Assembly (NCBI RefSeq): GCF_006345805.1 | Contig: NC_043001.1 | Location: 51,522,001 to 51,586,000 of the forward strand | Direction: 5' to 3' | DNA: 64,000 nucleotides | DNA from: Octopus sinensis | Lineage: Eukaryota | Part shown: piece by piece, positions 1 through 11,639 of the stretch | Numbering within the stretch: the first letter of the stretch is position 1 | Layout of the letters: every line of letters starts with the position of its first letter | Program-made: the position numbers and the translations under genes | Notes under the pieces: model-generated | Database searches by the model: none | What the model was told of the DNA's origin: nothing | What the model saw: only the letters and a program-made list of their open reading frames with translations

Positions 1-68
1 GAATTTATATACATCATAAAAATTATTTATCTATACATACAATAACTACACTGTATGATATGTATATA

Positions 69-748
69 CGAGGGGCGTTCAATAAGTAATGCCCCTGACC
101 CACGTCCCATAGCAGTAGAGCAACAAAACTTGGCACAGTTATTAGTCTTTTTCTACATAGGAACCACCCAGAGTTATGCATTTCTCGCATTGTTTGATGC
201 AGCTCTGGAGACCGTTTTTGTAGAAGACCCCAGCTTGGTCCTCCAACTACGACGTGACTTCAGAAATCAAGGCTGCATTATCTGGAAAACGCTTTCCTTT
301 CAAAAACAACTTCATGGCTGGGAAGAGGTGAAAATCAGAGGGTGCAAGGTCAGGAGAGTAGGGAGATGGGAGAGGAGTTCATAGCCGCATGCCTGTGCTT
401 CTGATCTGGCGACACGCAAGTTGTGGACCGGAGAGTTGTCCTGCAGCCTTTGCTGATCTTGCCCCGCCTCTTGATTTTGATAGCTTATCTTAATTTCCTC
501 AAAACTGAAGCATAATAGGCTCCTGTAATTGTGGTACCCTTTGCCAGGAAATCTGTCATCACTACTCCGTCCTGGTCCCAGAAGACTGTGAGCATGACCT
601 TGCCAGCGGAGAGCTGCACCCTTGCCTTCTTTGGAGGAGGTGAGTCACGGTGCTTCCACTGCATTGACTAGGTTTTGGTCTCTGGATCATAGTGATGGAC
701 CCAGGTTTCATCCTGCGTAATCAGTCTTTTGAAAAATTTTGGATCCCT
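69..748 (-). mobile_element. Mariner (DD34D) transposase relic, 3' half with one TIR
   Basis: Minus-strand translation gives LITQDETWVHHYDPETK, KVMLTVFWDQDGVV, LQDNSPVH and YSPDLAPSDFHLFP...CEKCITLGGSYVEKD*, with stops and frameshifts. Terminus reads TA|CGAGGGGCGTTCAATAAG at 67-86. Confidence 0.92.
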
Positions 749-749
749 A

Positions 750-830
750 ATTAGCTATTTTGTTGTGCGGGCCTCCCAAAAGCTTATACGGACCCCAGGG
801 ACCACATGGATGCCAGTTGAGAACTACTGC
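750..830 (-). mobile_element. hAT-like MITE end fragment
   Basis: Minus strand begins CAGTAGTTCTCAACTGG and resembles the terminus of the element at 40131-40383. Confidence 0.45.
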
Positions 831-1317
831 TCTATTTAATGAGCTGTTACTTTCATACAAAATCAAAACATATCTATCCGTATACAAGGCCCAGAAAAAA
901 ATTTTGAAAGGAGGAAATCCAGAAGTGTTGGCGAGGCTCTCACAAAATTCGAAGAGAGGCAGAACGTCAGATATTCTCAGGCATGTCTTTGTCACTGTGG
1001 GCTCTCGGAGCGATGTACTGGTTGAACTCTTATAGGTTCCGTCTCAATGTGTGTAATGTGAATTACATTATCCAATGGATTATTCATTAAGACGGACGTT
1101 TTGAGGGAAATTCAGTTGCTGTCTCTTGCATGCCGGTCGACTACATTGAGGTTCTGTCACTGGCTTGTTTAAACGCACATTTAAAGGCAGGTAAGCTGTT
1201 GATAAGCAAGATGAACGAGAAGTTAGTAATATAAGAGCAGGATTTGATGCCATTATGTTTATTCTGGCTTTTCTCACTTCTAATTTCCAATCAATAATAC
1301 AAAAATAAATTATGAAG

Positions 1318-1360
<43 letters not shown>

Positions 1361-1666
1361 GAGAAGGATGAAAAATGCCCGCAGTTGTTTGCATTGTCGA
1401 AATGGTTAGAGAAAACCTGGCGTAAATTTATAGAGCCAACTAGTACGACGTGAAAAAAAAAAGTAAAAAAAGACAGCTGACTAAGTAATGAAATATCACA
1501 TGGCAGTAATAAAAATGTCAGTCTTCTATAATTACGCAATTGTCAATAAAGTGCTTATGAAAAATTAAAAGTCTCAAAAACACAAAAAAACCCCGATAAC
1601 TACCAAGCTTTCAGCATACATACATACACATACACACACACATGTATATGAATATGTGTGTGTGTG

Positions 1667-1715
<49 letters not shown>

Positions 1716-1717
<2 letters not shown>

Positions 1718-1900
1718 ATCTAGGACTTTTCGTCTAAAACACGTTAGTCTAATGCACTATGGTCTAAAGAACTTTGATTTAAAGTGGCTTTTGTATAAAT
1801 ACACTATAGTCTAAAAATATTTTTCTCTAAATGTTCTTTAGTATAAAGACATTTTTATCCAAACTCACTTTGGTCTAATAACTATTTTATCTATAGAATC
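1716..1900. repeat. Degenerate ~15-16 bp tandem repeat (core ..TGGTCTAA..)
   Basis: About 11 units with a recurring TCTAA/TATAA core, e.g. ttagtctaat, atggtctaaa, atagtctaaa, ttggtctaat. Confidence 0.6.
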
Positions 1901-1954
1901 TAAAAGAAAGTAAAAGATCTAAATACCTGATCTAAGATCTTAGTCCTGGAGTCC

Positions 1955-2030
1955 AATTTTTCGACTAAAGGTAGTGCTCCAATATGACCGCAGTCAAATG
2001 ACTGAAACGAATAAAAGAATAAAAAATAAA
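1955..2030 (+). mobile_element. SINE 3' tail fragment
   Basis: cgactaaaggtagtgctccaatatgaccgcagtcaaatgactgaaac matches the tail at 21545-21600. Confidence 0.75.
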
Positions 2031-2076
2031 ACTATACTCTAATGATCTTTGTTGTCTAGACCAAAGTGCCGTATCC

Positions 2077-2120
<44 letters not shown>

Positions 2121-2184
2121 CATAGGTATATATACATAGGTATATATACATAGGTATATATACATACATATATGTACATACTGA

Positions 2185-2395
2185 CGCATATATGGGTACA
2201 GGACGTCACAAAACTCAAACAACATGAAATACGAAGACAAACTTTTTTTGCGAATAACAAGAGAAACAAACGTAAAACAAGACAAGTAACATACAGAACG
2301 ACCTTTCATCAGTTGTCGGCTGTTTATCTACTCCACATTTCGAGAAATGTACGACAATATGTGCCTTCGAGAAAACAGTTGCTCCCGCAAACCAT
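2185..2395. mobile_element. Interspersed repeat fragment (second partial copy at 3017-3062)
   Basis: gcatatatgggtacaggacgtcacaaaac..aaacaacatgaa occurs at ~2187 and ~3018, both in microsatellite context. Confidence 0.6.
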
Positions 2396-2398
2396 ATA

Positions 2399-2816
<418 letters not shown>

Positions 2817-2907
2817 AATATTTTACTATAAAATTGGATTTAATCCTAAATCTGATTTTTTCCCTGTAAATTTGGATTTATTCCCTAATATTTATTATTA
2901 TATGTAT

Positions 2908-3020
<113 letters not shown>

Positions 3021-3329
3021 TATATGGGTACAGGACGTCACAAAACGTAAACAACATGAAAACCGTTTTCGTTACCAACTTTGACCCTCCGCAAAATCTC
3101 AAAATTATTTGTGGTTTGCAGGAATAACTGTTTTCTGTACGGTCATTGAAAACTTTTAACAGAAAAAATGCAGGATTATCGGAGTTATGGGCATTGAAAG
3201 TGTACATGCATTAAGAAAGTGCAATAATAATGTTTAGCAGTTGAAAGCAGTGAGTAGTGAAATGCAGAATTAGGTAGGCTGATCGTGAGAATCAAATATT
3301 GATCGCTTCACTGAAAACTAACAACTTTA

Positions 3330-3570
3330 AGTGCAGTTGCTATGGGTTATTTCCCTTGAGTGTTTAAAAAAATTAGTTATATGAGGTAGATATAAAGATC
3401 TCTTTCAGGGGCCGTATTATCGATTTTTCAACAATGTATGTCACGACCTTTCCAGACATGAGTTGTACTCACGTATCAAGTTTCATCAAAATCAATTAAA
3501 ATGATGTAGGAGGAGTTAGCTAACAACGCCACAAACAAGCTCATACCGATTTTCCACATATGTCGTAGAT
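3330..3570. mobile_element. Helentron/DINE-like non-autonomous element fragment
   Basis: aagtttcatcaaaatc...gtaggaggagttagctaacaac...ttccacatatgt is shared with 46125-46620; this end structure is typical of DINE-1-like elements. Confidence 0.55.
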
Positions 3571-3613
3571 ATATACACGTGTGTGTGTGTGTGTGTGCGT
3601 GTGTGTGTGTTTG

Positions 3614-3649
<36 letters not shown>

Positions 3650-3664
3650 TGTAGCTGTGCATAT

Positions 3665-4146
3665 CTTTTATTTGTTTCAGTCATTAGACTGCGGCCATGC
3701 TGAATTTTTAGTCGAATGAATCGACACCAGTACTTATTTATTTTTAAGTCTGGTACTTATTCTATCGGTTTATTTCGCCGAACCACTAAGTTACGGGGAC
3801 ATAAACACAGCAATACCAGTTGTTAAGCGGTGATGGGGAAACACACAGATACAAAGACATACACACACACACATGGTTCCGGGTTCAGTACCACTGCGTG
3901 GCACCTTGGGCAATTGTCTTCTACTGTAGCATCGGGCCGACCAAATCCTTATGAGTGGATTTGGTAGATGGAAACTGAAAGAAGCCCGACGTATATATAT
4001 GTATTTTTCCGTCTCAAATTTTTCCTTCTCAAATCGACTCATAAGGCTTTGGTCGGCCAGAGGCTGTAGGAGAAGACACTTGCGCAAGGTGCCACGCAGT
4101 AGGACTGAACACGGAAGCATGTGGTTAGGAAGCAAGTTTCTTACCA
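3665..4146 (-). mobile_element. tRNA-derived SINE carrying an inverted copy of its own head
   Basis: Minus-strand head at 4146-4005 and tail at 3860-3665. A plus-strand head (atggttccgggttcagtaccactgcgtggcacc..., 3871-3995) sits in the central microsatellite. Confidence 0.8.
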
Positions 4147-4173
4147 GATACCCGGTCCCATATTATAGAAATA

Positions 4174-4209
<36 letters not shown>

Positions 4210-4231
4210 TGCATGTATGTATGTATGTATG

Positions 4232-4282
<51 letters not shown>

Positions 4283-4311
4283 TATATATATATAATATAT
4301 ATATATGTATG

Positions 4312-4343
<32 letters not shown>

Positions 4344-4424
4344 AAATTGAATAAGGGTAGAAATTCATATTAATCAATTAAAACCAGTGGCCTAGCATAT
4401 AAAAAAAATCCGAAGAGATATATA

Positions 4425-4615
4425 TATCTCCGGCAGGGGGGGGGGAGATCCCTGCTGTACTCTTTCGCCACAACTTTCTCTCACTCTTTCTTCTGTTGGC
4501 CTGCTCGCTTAGCCAGCGGGGTGGGTCACTTGATGGCTAAAACAATGCGAAGCGCATTGTGACCAGCGATGTGTAGCAACATCTGATAGCCTGGTCGGTC
4601 ACGTGATCACGTGAT
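4425..4615 (+). mobile_element. SINE-like 3' fragment (second copy at 6388-6515)
   Basis: gcttagccag..ggctaaaacaatgcgaagcgcattgtgaccagcgatgtgtagcaacatctgatagcctggtcggtc is present in both copies. Confidence 0.7.
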
Positions 4616-4654
4616 ATATATGAATATATATATTTGTGTGTGTGTTGTATGTAT

Positions 4655-6348
4655 ATCTGTATATAAAATCCTGTGTGTGTATGTGTGTGTTTTTCTACTA
4701 TGCACAGCCAAACCGCTAGATCAATCCGTACCAAATTTGGCATGAAGGCTTTTCATTACTCGGAATTTCTAGGAGAGAGGCTCAAATTTTGGCCCTTGCT
4801 CATATAGGGGATTGTAGCCCTTTTCCCTATACGACCCTTCCGATTTTCGTTTTTGCAGCGGTATAATACTTTCACTTTTATTCTTTCAATTTTCATAAGA
4901 CTAGTTTCACTTTTATAACTCCCACGTCTAACTACCTTACGCTTCGCTTACAGACGTAAAGATACAAAAGCCCTTTCGACCACCTGCTACGTGGAAGTCC
5001 TCAATTAGGAGACAATTTTCAGTTGGGTGATTTACATTCAACACGTTCAGCAGACTAGATATTCATACTGACTCAATATTGTATTTCCTTTCCCCCGTTT
5101 CTTTCTATTTGAACTTCACAAACTCTATAATTCCTGTACGAACACTCAAAACACTTTATTTTTACTGCGCAATACACACTGTAGGATATCTTTCAATTGG
5201 TACCATAAACTATAATGAAATTTTGAAGTTCAATATTCCCGTGACATAAGTTAGAGATAGCAACATGAGTTATTCAAATGATTGTTCATGGAATGGACCT
5301 AATAAAATTAGCTAGAGTACACTGGATATTTCATATTTAAATCCGATGTGACTATTTCTCCTTGGATATTGGTCCTATCTCAGATTCGAAATCGAATCTA
5401 CGTTTCGCGATAGTCATACGGTCAATTGTTCAGTCAAGGAGCAGCGCACATTTAAGTGTTCTCCATCTTACACTTAACAGCGGTATTATTCTTTCATTTT
5501 TCATAACACTAGTGTAGCGGGATGTCTAGAAAAAGGTGTTGTTGATGGTTCAGTTTATGTTGCCGGTTTATGTTGTCGTGTTGGACGACATCAAAAGAAA
5601 ACAACTAGGAAAGCATCGGAATGTATTTTAAATAATTTATTTGATCAACAGTTCCATCTACGTCTTAGATACACAAAGCTTGATATACAATATCAATGAA
5701 GGCCGCTACATGAAGTTACCAACTGTTTCCAGTTGGCGGAGTAAAAGTACAACAGGGGAAGCAGAATGTTGATTTGATGAGATAGTATACGGCATTGTTC
5801 TGCTACTGTGTAGTGTCGATGGCTATCATCGTTCGCTCATGCCGACTATGTAGCTCTCTGTTGGCTGTTTGGATCTTTACCTTTTGACATACAGATTAAA
5901 AAAATAATTTATACCCAATCAAAGGACACACTGAAAACAGTGTATAGTTGGAAGTTCTACGTAATTAAATTGCGATTGATTTCAGGATTTGCTTTAATAA
6001 CTTTGTTTATACTCACGTCATCTGATACAATTTTTGTGAAAAAATATTTTTTATCAGAATAAATATATTTATTTCCTTTTACCACTTTGTTACTGTATTT
6101 AGTTTGAGATTTTCTGTGTTTCTTTCAATTAATTTTAACAATAACAAAGAATTTAGTAAAATAACTTAGTTATCATTAAGCTGGAGTTAGGAACATAAAT
6201 TGTGATTAAGGTTTGATGCAAGATTTTAATTCAAAACTTACGAAAATGAGACATTTGTAGTACAAAGCCAAAGACGGTTTCATCCAGGTTGGTATTAAAA
6301 AGGTTAACATTCTTTAAAATTGCGAGCAACGCCAGGTACTTCGGCTAG
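4655..6348 (+). mobile_element. Non-autonomous Helitron/Helentron-like element
   Basis: 5' end reads TCTGTATATAAAA + (TG)n + accaaatttggcatg. 3' end reads gcgagcaacgccaggtacttcggCTAG|T, a Helitron-type GC-rich terminal motif plus CTAG. No ORF. Confidence 0.65.
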
Positions 6349-6355
6349 TATATAT

Positions 6356-6387
<32 letters not shown>

Positions 6388-6388
<1 letters not shown>

Positions 6389-6513
6389 GGCCTATTCGCT
6401 TAGCCAGTGGGGTGACGTCATTTAAAGGCTAAAACAATGCGAAGCGCATTGTGACCAGCGATGTGTAGCAACATCTGATAGCCTGGTCGGTCGCGTGATC
6501 ACGTGGTCACGTG

Positions 6514-6515
<2 letters not shown>
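6388..6515 (+). mobile_element. SINE-like 3' fragment
   Basis: Near-identical to 4500-4615. Confidence 0.7.
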
Positions 6516-6566
<51 letters not shown>

Positions 6567-6839
6567 ATTATTTATATTATTATTTGATTGAACACCACGC
6601 ATCCATTTCCAAGTAAGTTTTATCTTAATATATTTGATGCGACTCTTTCCTTTACTGTTCCCTCTCTCTCCCTCTTTCGTTTTCTTTCTAATCCTTTCCC
6701 TAATTCTTTCTTTCTCCCCTTCACCCTTTTGTATCTGTCTCTCTTCCTCCTTTGCTCTCTCTCATTGCTCACACGTGACCATCGTCCATATTTCCTTTCC
6801 TCACGTGATCATCTTTCTTTCCGAGCAACACCAGGTACT

Positions 6840-6931
<92 letters not shown>

Positions 6932-7439
6932 CCGCTACATGTCTAAATTCAAGAACATGTCCACACATGGCTAAATATTTGCTACGTTTTTGGTCCCTGA
7001 AGACCACAGATAGAACCTGCTTTTTATATTGTGTCCACGTACAAGTATTTCATTTCTTACATATATATTTTTATATATATTTTCTTAATATATTTTATTG
7101 CTTTATATATTTATGTATATACGTTTTCTGTGCATCACATTTCACCCTGCACTTTTGTGCATATGCGTAAGTAGACGTGTTTATGAACATAATTGTGCGT
7201 TTAAGGGTATATATACGAGTGTGTGTGCCTGTGTGCGGGTGTGTATATGTGTATGTTTACATATATATGGATACATACATATATATATGAGTGTGTATGT
7301 GGATGTGCATGTATGTGTTTTATGCGAGTGTGGGTAAGTATATGCATGTATGCACATGCACGTTAGTGTGTGTGCGTGCATGTGTATGTACATGCGCGTA
7401 TACGCAGATTCTATGAGCGTGGTTTTACTTTCTCCCTAT

Positions 7440-7560
7440 TTGAGTAATTTCCCTTTATTTAACGGTCATTTTCACGGGATTTTTGTTTGTTCTAATAACT
7501 GACGAGATGCCGGAGCTGACTTCCGCCTCGACATCCGACTAATTGTCACATATTATATTA
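7440..7560 (+). mobile_element. PLE terminal fragment with truncated hammerhead
   Basis: gtaatttccctttatttaa...ataaCTGACGAgatgccggagctgacttccgcctcgacatccGA|ctaattgtcacatatt; same family as 45780-45930, with the GAAAC/stem III part deleted. Confidence 0.65.
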
Positions 7561-7681
7561 CATTATATATATATATACACGCACACGCTCAGAACCGTGC
7601 TAACAGCTTAGGAGTAAGATTTAGGATTACACGGTTTTATGAGAATCGATTTTGATAAAGCTTTTCCCAGCTGGTTTGCAC

Positions 7682-8925
7682 ACTATGGCAATACGTTATG
7701 TTTTCATTATTCTGTGCAACGTTCTTTCTTTTATTTTTATTTCAGATGCTTCAGTTTTTGCATGAACCACGCTAATAGTTTTGAATGGAAATAGCCCTCT
7801 AGACTTTTTCTTCAGAAAATGAAGGGTAATGGTACGTATTAAGCATACATTGAGTATATATTTAACAGAAAACCATAATAATATTATTGACATAATGAAT
7901 TATTTAGCCACAGAGCGCCATTTTGACGGATAACTTCAAAACCCTTATTAGTCATGGAATCTGTCAATTTCTTAATAATAGCATATTGGACTGCCTCTGC
8001 TGCAACTTTGATAGTCGCCTATAAGACATCTTTCGATGTAAATTGGGGTCCATCGGCATAAACATCTTGATTAATGATGAACCAATGATTTTCGATAGGG
8101 TTGAGATCCGTAGATGCTAGCGGCCATGCCATCAACCTTTCATCTTATATGCCCTAAGACCCTAGGAATATTTTGGGCGGTCCTAGCAGAGTGGAAGGGA
8201 GCGTTGTCATGTATGAATACGGTATGTCATTCAGCCAGGGATCTAAGACCTTCTTCAGGAAATTGCACATTAACCTCTTCAGGCACCCTGACTGGGCCAA
8301 CAAGCCTGTCCCCGACTCCTCACCCTGTTGTTGGCGTCGTAAACGTTGTAACCATTTGCCCGACCGTCAGGTTCGTCAAGGGCCACTCTGGTTTCGTCAG
8401 TGAACAGAACACAGCTCAAGTCTAACGTCATTTACTTTTGGGCCCATTAAAGCCTCAAACACCTGTGATGAAGCAGTTTCAAGGGTTCTTGCACGGAAGC
8501 CATGGTCCCGAGGATGTAATTTCTGTTGGTTTTCGGTACATGAGGAAGTCCGTGGACGTTGAAAATGGCTTTGCTTATTTGTCCAGGTCTCCTAAGTAAC
8601 GTCCCGCCAATATTCTTTAAATTTCTAGCTGTCACAGTTTTTGAAGTCCCACCATCGGATCGTTTCTTCCTTGGCGCACACGTGGCTAAACATTTCATTA
8701 TGTCAATAAATCTTATAATATTAATATGGTTTTCTGTTAAATATATACTCAATGTATCTTTAATATGTAGCATCACTCTCCACTTTCTGAAAAAATATGT
8801 CTAGACGTGCTATTTTCATTCAAAATCTATTAGTGTGGTTCACCCAAAAACAGAAGCATCTGAAATAAGGAAGAAAGGACGTTGCACAGCATAATGAAAA
8901 CATAACAATGGTGTTGCCATAGTAA
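7682..8925 (-). mobile_element. Tc1-family transposon relic with ~230-bp inverted repeats
   Basis: Minus strand gives VLFTDETRVALDEPDG, FIHDNAPFHSART and WPLASTDLNPIENHW. 7682-7911 and 8682-8925 are diverged inverted repeats. Confidence 0.85.
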
Positions 8926-9289
8926 CCACTCGTTTATTTAACTTTGATGCGTAACGTGATATAACCATTAACTGAACATTTGCATAATCTGTACGTTTGT
9001 AAAAATAACCACCCATTTACATGTCAAAATCTATTGTATAGACTTTCTAAACTTGCACCCGAAAGATCATTTCACAATCAATAATGCTACTACGGATAGT
9101 TATACTCATGCTATTACTATTCTTTGTAACGACTTCACAGCTAGTTTCAGCAAGAATAAATCAAATATATATTTACTGAATCTAATGGTTTGTACTTGTC
9201 ACCACTGCAAAACAAATATTCTAAAAACTTTATGCACTCTTTGAAATTTTTCCTGTAAAAATATAACACACAAAAATAAGATAAAACTG

Positions 9290-10375
9290 AAAACGTTTTT
9301 GGTCACCAACTAGGAAAAAATTCAATATGAATGGAGGACTCCACCCAAGAGCAGGAGTAGCAAGATTATATTTACCTGGAAAGGCAGACAGAAGAGAATT
9401 AATATCAGCAGAAGACTTCGTGGAGATAGCTAGATTATATATAGACTCCTATGTAGGTAATAGTGAAGGAAGTTTATTAAAAGCTGCTAGAGTCACAGCA
9501 AGACATAGGGAAACCAAAAACCCAAGCAAAGCTAGAACCCAGAAGAAAACAGAAGTTATCTGACTGGCAGGCGAAGGCGTTGCATGGTGGATTCCGAAAG
9601 ATAGTTGCAGCAAATAGTAGTAGTGAGATATGGTTATGGTTGCAGAAAGGAAAGCTGAAATGGGAGACAGAAAGTTTGTTAGTAACAGGACAAGATCAAG
9701 CATTAAGGACTAATTGGATAAAAGCCAACATGGACAAAAAATGAAGTAGATTCTCAATGTAGATTATGCAAATCAAAAGAGGAAAGTGTTACTCATATAG
9801 TAGATGAATGTAGCATTCTGGCACAGAAAGTATATAAGAAAAGACATGATAACCCAGGGAGAGTAATCCACTGGAAGTTATGTAGAAAGCTAGGATCTGA
9901 GCATACTGATGAATGGTATGAACACAAACCTAGTAAAGAACAAGAAAGTAAAAAAATATAAGATGTTGTGGAACTATAACATTCATACTGGCAGCGTAAT
10001 AGAAGCTAGAAGGCTTGATTTAGTAGTAGTAGATAAAGCGAATAGAAGGTGCCAGATAATTGACTTTACAGTCCCAAATGAAGAAAAAACCAATATGAGA
10101 GATGTAGAAAAAATACCAAAGTACTCGGACATAACCATTGAATCACAGAGTCTATGGAAAGTGCGGGTAAACTGTATCTTAGTAGTATTACGTGCATTGG
10201 AAACTATCCCTAAAATTTGAACATATGGACAGAAGAAATAGGCATAAACCTTAGTTTAGTACAGCTCCAGAAAATAGTGTTATTAGGGACAGTTAAAATA
10301 TTAAGGAGGGTTCTTGGCATCTAAGGTTACTTGTTGTAGCCTGATATGATTTTTTTCTTCCAGCAGTCTAATTTG
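9290..10375 (+). mobile_element. RLE-type LINE (R4/Dong-like), 3' half
   Basis: LHPRAGVARLYLP, CCHC finger CRLCKSKEESVTHIVDEC, and RLE motif RRLDLVVVDK..IIDFTVP..K..KY. Confidence 0.88.
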
Positions 10376-10479
10376 TTGTGCGTATAAGGAGGAGGAGAAG
10401 AAGAAGAAGAAAAAGAAGAAGAAGAAGAAGAAGAATATCGTCATCGTTCTCTCGTAGCCTTGTCTTTATTCTATCGTAG

Positions 10480-11075
10480 ATCGCCTTTTGCTCATGTCAT
10501 GTCACCATTAGTTTTATTGTCTTCTTCCTAACCTTCTATATGTCCCTCATCGAGCGAGCTATCACTGTTCTTTTCCTGGGGTGTATTAGTGGTTTCACCT
10601 CTGTTTTCTGCTATTAGATTACTTTTATCAACTGCTGTTTTCCGATACCCGTCTTTTGATAGCTTCGAGCTCAATTTCTGTGAACCAAATATTTTTTCTT
10701 ATTGCTCTAGCTTGATCACATAATCTTTGTTCTGTGAGTTGAAACTATCCTCTTTTTCTCCATTGATCATACATACGTTGTCGGTATCCCCTAAGATGAA
10801 CACCATTTTCGTGTACCGGGTTGTTCAGGTAGTAATACTCCATGACCACAGCCTTGACTTGTTTGTTCCATGTGCTGGTCCCTTGCTGGATAACAACAGG
10901 CTGGAGTCGGACCAGTTTTTCTGAGCTTCATTACCACCGTTATTCACAATATTTTGTTTTTTCATTGACACTTGTATGAGGTAGCGATTATCAGGTTGCG
11001 CAATTACCAGTGTTTTATTGTGACACCATCACTAGATGTATCATCAGTCACAGCCTAGGGAGATTCCAACTGTTT
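10480..11075 (-). mobile_element. R4/Dong-like LINE, 5' fragment
   Basis: Minus strand: WNKQVKAVVMEYYYLNNP..GYRQRMYDQW..TEQRLCDQARAIRKNIWFTEIELEAI. The 5' end abuts the (AAT)n tract at 11080-11116. Confidence 0.75.
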
Positions 11076-11078
11076 CTT

Positions 11079-11117
<39 letters not shown>

Positions 11118-11118
<1 letters not shown>

Positions 11119-11555
11119 CATTATGATTCAGTGCAACCATGAAATAGAGAATAGGAAACCAGACATAGTGTCACTTGAGAAAGAAAACGAATGATGCTGG
11201 ATCATAGATATAGCATGCCCAGCTGACAACAATGTATGCGATAAGGAAGAAAGAAAAGTTGACAGATATGACAGATTATCTTGGAAGGATAAGCAGTTGT
11301 GGTCGATGTAAAAAGTGGTAGTAGTATCAATAATTGTCGGAGCCCTGGGGACAATGCGTAAAAATCTTGAGAAGTACATGGAACAAATAGGGACTGCAAT
11401 AAGGGTGGAGAACTTTCAGAAAACAGCACTGCTTGGAACCTCTCTAATACTCCAGAGGTGCTCGAAAAATAAGGGATGTTACCTTATTTCACTGGTAGTG
11501 AACAGCTGGCGCCGTAGTATATCCCCAGCGTTAAAAGCTGTGCAAAGACGATAAA
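11118..11555 (+). mobile_element. R4/Dong-like LINE, 3' fragment (RLE domain plus 3' UTR)
   Basis: NRKPDIVSLEK..WIIDIACPAD..KVDRYD..IIVGALGT; flanked by (ATT)n on the left and (AAT)n on the right. Confidence 0.85.
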
Positions 11556-11590
11556 TAATAATGATGATGATGATGATGATAATAATAATG

Positions 11591-11633
<43 letters not shown>

Positions 11634-11639
11634 TTATAA

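Noticed and set aside
1092-1190. 99-nt open frame ending at a CAG|GTAAGC donor
   Set aside because: The acceptor has no polypyrimidine tract, the peptide is unrecognised, and there is no partner exon.
2295-2345. CTGATGA on the minus strand in the 2185-2395 repeat
   Set aside because: No stem II followed by GAAA downstream; not foldable as a hammerhead.
11025-11060. CTGATGA in the 5' UTR of the minus-strand R4-like fragment
   Set aside because: It lies within a simple GTGAC/GTCAC hairpin with no GAAA core.
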